A stretch of 12,005 bases of DNA, from contig JAGLRQ010000151.1 of the NCBI GenBank assembly GCA_023136205.1, positions 1 through 12,005 on the forward strand, read 5' to 3'. Numbering within the stretch: the stretch's first letter is position 1; every line of letters begins with the position of its first letter. Shown here piece after piece: positions 7,659-12,005 of the stretch. This DNA comes from Candidatus Auribacterota bacterium. GTDB lineage: Bacteria > Auribacterota > UBA6266. The translations under genes and the position numbers were made by a program. The notes beneath the pieces were generated by a model. The model was given only the letters and a program-made list of their open reading frames with translations, was not told the DNA's origin and did not search any database.

Positions 7659-9086
7659 ATGTCAAACTTCTCAAATAAAAAATATTTTCTACTTTTCGCC
7701 TGCGTTTTATCAATAGCGGGTTTCAACATATTTTTCAGGCTTGGGAGCACCAAAGCCCACAGCTGGGACGAGTCAACATATGGAGTTGATGCATACGAAA
7801 TGATTCAGAACAATGAATATATCATTACAACTTTTGGAGAAGACACAGATGATCATCATAGCCTGAAACCTCCTCTCGGCCTCTGGCTTATCATAGCTGG
7901 ATATAAACTTTTTGGATACAACCTTTTCGCGTTACGCTTCGCGTCAGCAATAAGCGGCTTTGGATGCATAGTTATTATTATGCTGATACTCTATCGAAAA
8001 AATCTAAAAATGGAAGCCCTGATATCCGGATTGGTTCTGGCCACAACATATTCATTCCTCTGTCATCACTCGGCAAGATCAGGCGAATATGATGTCTTAT
8101 TAACTTTTTTTATATGCATCTCTGTATTAAGTATAGAAACGGTAAAAAACAACTCTCTAAAATCCGCAACGGTAGGATTAATGATATCACTTTCTTTTTT
8201 ATTAAAAAGCTTTGCGGCAATATACCTGATTTTGATAGTAATTTTATATATATTCATATCAAAACGGTATAAAGAGTTTAAAATTAATCATCTTATATTG
8301 CTGATTTTATTCTCTCTTGCTCCTATTTTGGCCTGGGGATATCTCAGATATATAAAAGATGGCTATAGCTTCTTACAAAAGATGGTTCAGCTTGACCTTT
8401 TAGAAAGGACAACCCGGGCAGTTCACGGCCATAGCGGCGGCTATTCATACTATTTTATAAAAATGATGGAAAAAAACTGGTACTGGATTTTAACATTTCT
8501 TTCTACCCTGTTCCTGATACGAAAAAAAATAAATTCAGGAGTAATCAAGAAACATGTTTTATACGTTATCTGGTTTTTAGTTCCAATTACAGTAGCAACA
8601 TTTATAAAAACAAAGTTAAGTTGGTACATAGTTCCATCATACCCCGCGCTGGCAATTATCACCGCCCTTTCCATAGGAATATATCTAAAAGACAAAAATA
8701 TCCAAAAGAAAAACAAAAAGATATTAGTTGCGGTTATTCTTCTTATAACTCTGGGCGCGGAGGTAAGGATCACTTCAAAGATATTAAGCAGGCAGCCAAC
8801 AAACTTCCACAAAGCCTTAAAACAAATTCCGTCGCAGTTATATGAGGGATGTAATATTTACTCAAACTATTGGAGCCAATCAAATATCTTTATCGCTAAA
8901 GTCGTTAATGGATTTAACTACGCGTTTTGTGATAATTTTAAGGAAGGATTTCTACCAAAAGCGATACACAACGATGTCTTCATGGGAAAAGAAAAAGATA
9001 TTAATGTGAAAAATAAAGATGAGCTAACAGTAATAGCAGCTTACAAAGACTGGTTAGTTATAAAGAAAAGAGACAACCCGCGCTAG
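7659..9086 (+). CDS. GT-C fold family 39 (ArnT/PMT-like) polyprenyl-phosphate-sugar-dependent membrane glycosyltransferase.
   Basis: 475 aa with many hydrophobic helices. The first-loop motif is [14 protein letters not shown] (D37-E38), followed by [11 protein letters not shown], the characteristic GT39/ArnT N-terminal signature. A roughly 108-aa non-hydrophobic C-terminal domain (aa 368-475) follows. This is the only plus-strand gene in the window. Confidence 0.8.
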   Translation: MSNFSNKKYFLLFACVLSIAGFNIFFRLGSTKAHSWDESTYGVDAYEMIQNNEYIITTFGEDTDDHHSLKPPLGLWLIIAGYKLFGYNLFALRFASAISGFGCIVIIMLILYRKNLKMEALISGLVLATTYSFLCHHSARSGEYDVLLTFFICISVLSIETVKNNSLKSATVGLMISLSFLLKSFAAIYLILIVILYIFISKRYKEFKINHLILLILFSLAPILAWGYLRYIKDGYSFLQKMVQLDLLERTTRAVHGHSGGYSYYFIKMMEKNWYWILTFLSTLFLIRKKINSGVIKKHVLYVIWFLVPITVATFIKTKLSWYIVPSYPALAIITALSIGIYLKDKNIQKKNKKILVAVILLITLGAEVRITSKILSRQPTNFHKALKQIPSQLYEGCNIYSNYWSQSNIFIAKVVNGFNYAFCDNFKEGFLPKAIHNDVFMGKEKDINVKNKDELTVIAAYKDWLVIKKRDNPR

Positions 9087-10099
9087 AAAAGATTTTCCTG
9101 AACATTTTTTTCAGGTTTAATATCAAGGTGGGCATAGGCAATTTGAGTTGCTTTTCTGCCGCTGGGCGTACGTTTTATAAAACCCTGCTGTATAAGATAA
9201 GGTTCATATACCTCTTCAATCGTCTCCGGTTCTTCGCCGACTGATACAGCAATCGTATTCACCCCGACAGGGCCTCCACCAAACTTACTTATTATCGTAT
9301 CAAGTATTCTTTTATCCATTTCGTCAAAACCTTTCTCATCTATTCCAAGTAACTTAAGTGCTGTTCGCGCTACATCCCTGTTTATCTTATTATCTGCTTT
9401 TACCTGTGCATAATCCCTTACCCTTTTTAAAAGAGCATTTGCAATCCTGGGGGTTCCCCTTGATCTAAACGAAATTTCTTTTGCACCTTCCTTATCAATT
9501 TCAACAGAAAGAATTTTAGAAGAACGAGTAATAATTTTCTTTATCTCTTCCGGTTTATAAAAATCAAGCCTTTCCGAAATCTCAAACCTTGCCCGAAGGG
9601 GAGCCGATAAAAGGCCCGAACGCGTCGTAGCACCTATAAGAGTAAATCTGGGAAGGTTTAACCTTATGGACCTTGCACCCGGCCCCTGGTCTATCAAAAC
9701 ATCAATCCTGAAATCTTCCATAGCGGAATACAAATACTCTTCAACTACATTATTTAATCTGTGTATTTCATCAATAAACAGCACAGACCCTTCTTCTATG
9801 TTGCTTAAGATACCGGCAAGATCCCCTGGTTTCTCAATTACAGGCCCGGTTGAGGTTTTTAACTCCGCCCCCATTGCCTCGGCAATGATGTAAGCAAGTG
9901 TTGTCTTTCCAAGGCCGGGAGGCCCTGAAAAAATCACATGATCAAGAGGTTCTTTTCGCCCTTTTGCCGCCTGGACAGCAACAAGCAGTCTTTCCTTAAC
10001 TGCTTCCTGTCCTACAAAATCACTCATCCGGGAAGGACGAAGTTTATTTTCGAACTGCGCATCCGGTTTCTGAACAACTTCATCAAAGATCTTTTCCAT
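9083..10099 (-). CDS. ruvB: Holliday junction branch migration DNA helicase RuvB.
   Basis: 338 aa. It has Walker [10 protein letters not shown], Walker [10 protein letters not shown], sensor LIGATTR, and [16 protein letters not shown]. Confidence 0.97.
   Translation of the reverse strand: MEKIFDEVVQKPDAQFENKLRPSRMSDFVGQEAVKERLLVAVQAAKGRKEPLDHVIFSGPPGLGKTTLAYIIAEAMGAELKTSTGPVIEKPGDLAGILSNIEEGSVLFIDEIHRLNNVVEEYLYSAMEDFRIDVLIDQGPGARSIRLNLPRFTLIGATTRSGLLSAPLRARFEISERLDFYKPEEIKKIITRSSKILSVEIDKEGAKEISFRSRGTPRIANALLKRVRDYAQVKADNKINRDVARTALKLLGIDEKGFDEMDKRILDTIISKFGGGPVGVNTIAVSVGEEPETIEEVYEPYLIQQGFIKRTPSGRKATQIAYAHLDIKPEKNVQENLF
9097..9123 (+). terminator. Weak hairpin plus T-rich tail, a possible terminator for the GT39 transcript embedded in the last codons of ruvB.
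   Basis: CCTGAA (9097-9102), loop cattttt, TTCAGG (9110-9115), then TTTAATAT. The stem is only 6 bp with 3 GC pairs. Confidence 0.25.
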
Positions 10100-10118
10100 G
10101 ATTCACCGCTACTATTTA

Positions 10119-10715
10119 TTATTTTTTCAAAGCTTCTCGAACAAGATTTTCCACGCTGGCGTCCTCGCCCAAAACGTCAAAAGCTTTATCAACAGCCCCA
10201 GCCGCGTACTTACTGTCAAATCCAAGAGAAATAAGAGCCATAACAGCATCGGCCATTGCACTTTGTCCTCCGGTGACAGGCTGACACATATTTGAACCTT
10301 CCACAAGGCCCGTTTTCCTAAATTTATCCTTCAACTCAAGGATCAATCTATCTGCTGTCTTTTTCCCAACACCATGAATGCCGGATAAAACAGATGCATT
10401 CCCTGTTCTCAAAGCAGAAACAAGAACCTGAGGGGTCATCCCGCTTAAAAATGAAATCGCAAGCTTAGGGCCTACTCCGGAAACCGATACCAGCATTTTA
10501 AAAAGGAACTTTTCATTTTCCGTTGCGAAACCGTACAGACTAATCTCATTTTCCTTCACAACAGTTTCAATAAAAAGTTCTGCTGCCCCGTCCATCTTTT
10601 GAACTTCTTCGAAAGTGTTTAAAGATATTTTCACCTCATATCCTACACCGTTAACATCAACAAGCAATCCGGCAGGATGCGTCTTTAACAGTTTCCCTTT
10701 TATATAACCTATCAT
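10119..10715 (-). CDS. ruvA: Holliday junction DNA-binding protein RuvA.
   Basis: The ORF track opens at a TTG at 10736. I prefer the ATG at 10715, which gives the canonical MIGYIKGKL N-terminus. Two HhH motifs are present: VSGVGPKLAISFL and IHGVGKKTADRLILEL. Confidence 0.93.
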   Translation of the reverse strand: MIGYIKGKLLKTHPAGLLVDVNGVGYEVKISLNTFEEVQKMDGAAELFIETVVKENEISLYGFATENEKFLFKMLVSVSGVGPKLAISFLSGMTPQVLVSALRTGNASVLSGIHGVGKKTADRLILELKDKFRKTGLVEGSNMCQPVTGGQSAMADAVMALISLGFDSKYAAGAVDKAFDVLGEDASVENLVREALKK

Positions 10716-10749
10716 TCTAGCAGCCTTTGCAGACAAGTATTTTCACTCA

Positions 10750-11247
10750 TCATATTCTTTTCACAATATTAACACGGTTTGAAATATTATTACAGTGACA
10801 TATAGCTGCCGCAAGGGCATCCGAAGCATCCTGAGGCTTAGGAACATCAGCAAGCCCCAGGATTATCCTGATCATCACGGCAACCTGTTCTTTACCCGCA
10901 GTTCCCCTTCCGCTAACAGATTGTTTTATATCTTTCGGCTGGTATTCATAAGCAGGAATACCGTTTTTTGCCGCACACAAAACAGCTATTCCTTTTGCCT
11001 GTCCTAATTTAAAAGCAGAAACGACATTTTTTGAAACAAACTGCCCCTCAAGAGCAACCACATCTGGAGAATATTTAGCAATACATTTATTGAGTTTATT
11101 GAAAATATTCAAATATCTGGAAGAAATCAGGTCCGAACTTTTATTCCGGACAGCTCCGTAACAAACAGGATTAAATTTATTTTTTTTGAAGTCAATAATC
11201 CCATAACCTGTAATAAGAGTCCCCGGGTCAATACCCATTACCCGCAT
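10750..11247 (-). CDS. ruvC: Crossover junction endodeoxyribonuclease RuvC.
   Basis: 165 aa. It starts MRVMGIDPG (catalytic Asp) and contains VALEGQF and DASDALAAAICH. An AGGTAGGA Shine-Dalgarno lies upstream. Confidence 0.93.
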   Translation of the reverse strand: MRVMGIDPGTLITGYGIIDFKKNKFNPVCYGAVRNKSSDLISSRYLNIFNKLNKCIAKYSPDVVALEGQFVSKNVVSAFKLGQAKGIAVLCAAKNGIPAYEYQPKDIKQSVSGRGTAGKEQVAVMIRIILGLADVPKPQDASDALAAAICHCNNISNRVNIVKRI

Positions 11248-11278
11248 ATTTCCTACCTTTATCTGTCTGCCCGCGTAA

Positions 11279-11311
11279 ACCCCGTTACAGAACTTCGTTT
11301 TCTAACGGGGT
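11279..11311 (-). other. 9-bp stem, 15-nt loop inverted repeat between yebC and ruvC.
   Basis: ACCCCGTTA (11279-11287), a 15-nt loop, then TAACGGGGT (11303-11311). On the minus-strand transcript the stem is followed by TTACGCGGG rather than a U-tract, so it is not a canonical intrinsic terminator. Confidence 0.3.
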
Positions 11312-11315
11312 AAAT

Positions 11316-12005
11316 TTATTTATCAGATGCATACTCTTCAATTTCATTACCGGGTATATCAAAATTGGCATATACATGTTGAACATCATCATGATCTTCG
11401 AGAGTTTCTATTAGTCCAATAACCGAGCGGGCTTCACCTCCTGTCACTTTAACAGCGTTCTTGGGAACGTAGGCCAGGCTGCTTGATTCTATTTCATAAC
11501 CAGCAGTTTCAATAACTGTTCTAACAGCATCAAAATTTCCAGGCGGAGCCGTGATTTCAAATAGGAGGGTTTCATCATCAAAAACAATATCATCAACGCC
11601 GGCATCAAGGACAGATTCCATGAGTTTCTCTTCTTCCTCTTTACCTGCCTTGACACTAAAATAAGCCTTTTTATCAAACATCCATGCCACCGCACCGGCA
11701 CCTGCCAGATTTCCATTTTTCTTTGTAAATATCGATCTTATTTCAGCAGTCGTCCTGTTTTTGTTATCTGTCAGCGTCTCAATCATTACGGCAACTCCGC
11801 CGGGGCCATACCCTTCATAAGTAAACTCCTCATAATTCACGCCCGGAAGCTCTCCGGTTCCTTTCTTTATAGCCTTTATTATATTGTCCTGCGGCATGTT
11901 CGCTTCTTTTGCATTCATCAACACCGTTCTCAGCGTAGGGTTCATATTCACGTCACCCCCGCCAAGTTTCGCCGCGACGGTTATCTCACGGCTAATCTTG
12001 CTAAA
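11316..12005 (-). CDS. yebC: YebC/PmpR family DNA-binding transcriptional regulator. The N-terminus runs off the right edge of the window.
   Basis: The ORF track starts at an internal Met (11951). The frame stays open to base 12005 and reads FSKISREITVAAKLGGGDVNMNPTLRTVLMNAKEANMP, which matches the conserved YebC N-terminal region. The yebC-ruvC-ruvA-ruvB order is classical. Confidence 0.93.
   Translation of the reverse strand, partial: FSKISREITVAAKLGGGDVNMNPTLRTVLMNAKEANMPQDNIIKAIKKGTGELPGVNYEEFTYEGYGPGGVAVMIETLTDNKNRTTAEIRSIFTKKNGNLAGAGAVAWMFDKKAYFSVKAGKEEEEKLMESVLDAGVDDIVFDDETLLFEITAPPGNFDAVRTVIETAGYEIESSSLAYVPKNAVKVTGGEARSVIGLIETLEDHDDVQHVYANFDIPGNEIEEYASDK

Noticed and set aside
8450-8812. 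120-aa minus-strand ORF inside the GT39 gene, plus a 63-aa ORF at 8066-8257.
   Set aside because: They are antisense to an AT-rich membrane-protein gene, where long stop-free reverse frames arise by chance. They carry no motifs and no start context.
11263-11290. CTGT...ACAG upstream of ruvC, considered as a LexA box. Also GAAC-N4-TTTT in the hairpin loop, considered as a Cheo box.
   Set aside because: The CTGT/ACAG spacing is 20 nt rather than 8. The second half of the Cheo-like site (TTTT vs GTTC) does not match.
11274-11311. GTAAACC at 11275-11281 resembles the E. coli BirA operator half-site TGTAAACC, and a group II birA is present in the window.
   Set aside because: There is no inverted partner (GGTTTAC). 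The actual palindrome arms are CCCCGTTA/TAACGGGG. A bio operator in front of ruvC also makes no biological sense.
1-12005. Searched by eye for tRNA or rRNA, CRISPR repeats, IS or integrase genes, long direct or inverted repeats, toxin-antitoxin pairs and defence-type genes.
   Set aside because: None were found. Every ORF over about 150 aa has a confident housekeeping assignment, and the spacers are too short (at most 122 nt) to hide another gene. A manual scan cannot exclude short dispersed repeats or small RNAs.

Overview
This window is a dense, low-GC bacterial core-genome segment. Twelve of its thirteen genes lie on the minus strand. Reading the minus strand from right to left: yebC (5' end outside the window), ruvC, ruvA, ruvB, then one plus-strand GT39/ArnT-like membrane glycosyltransferase. 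The minus-strand array then continues as queH-uvrB-nadC-birA-coaX, an endonuclease III-like HhH-GPD gene, a secreted DJ-1/PfpI-like gene, and cinA (3' end outside the window). I re-derived cinA and the yebC extension by hand because open-ended ORFs are absent from the supplied track. I also trimmed three starts (DJ-1-like, birA, ruvA) to internal ATGs that have Shine-Dalgarno support. The content is DNA repair and recombination (ruvABC, uvrB, nth-like, cinA) mixed with cofactor and tRNA-modification housekeeping (NAD, biotin, CoA, queuosine). Spacers are very short and several genes overlap. I see no tRNA or rRNA, CRISPR array, transposase, integrase, toxin-antitoxin pair or recognisable defence genes, and no convincing novel multi-gene system. 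The observations worth a second look are modest. (1) A signal-peptide-bearing DJ-1/PfpI-fold protein has its nucleophile Cys-His replaced by Gly-Ile. (2) A TTACTG-N6-CAGTAA palindrome sits in the only sizeable intergenic region, ahead of the queH-uvrB operon. (3) The lone opposite-strand GT39 gene is wedged between ruvB and queH and shares a CTAG stop with ruvB. (4) An Nth-like glycosylase lacks the lyase lysine and the fourth Fe-S cysteine. (5) The DJ-1-like gene and cinA overlap by an unusually long 47 nt. Taxonomy cannot be assigned from sequence alone.
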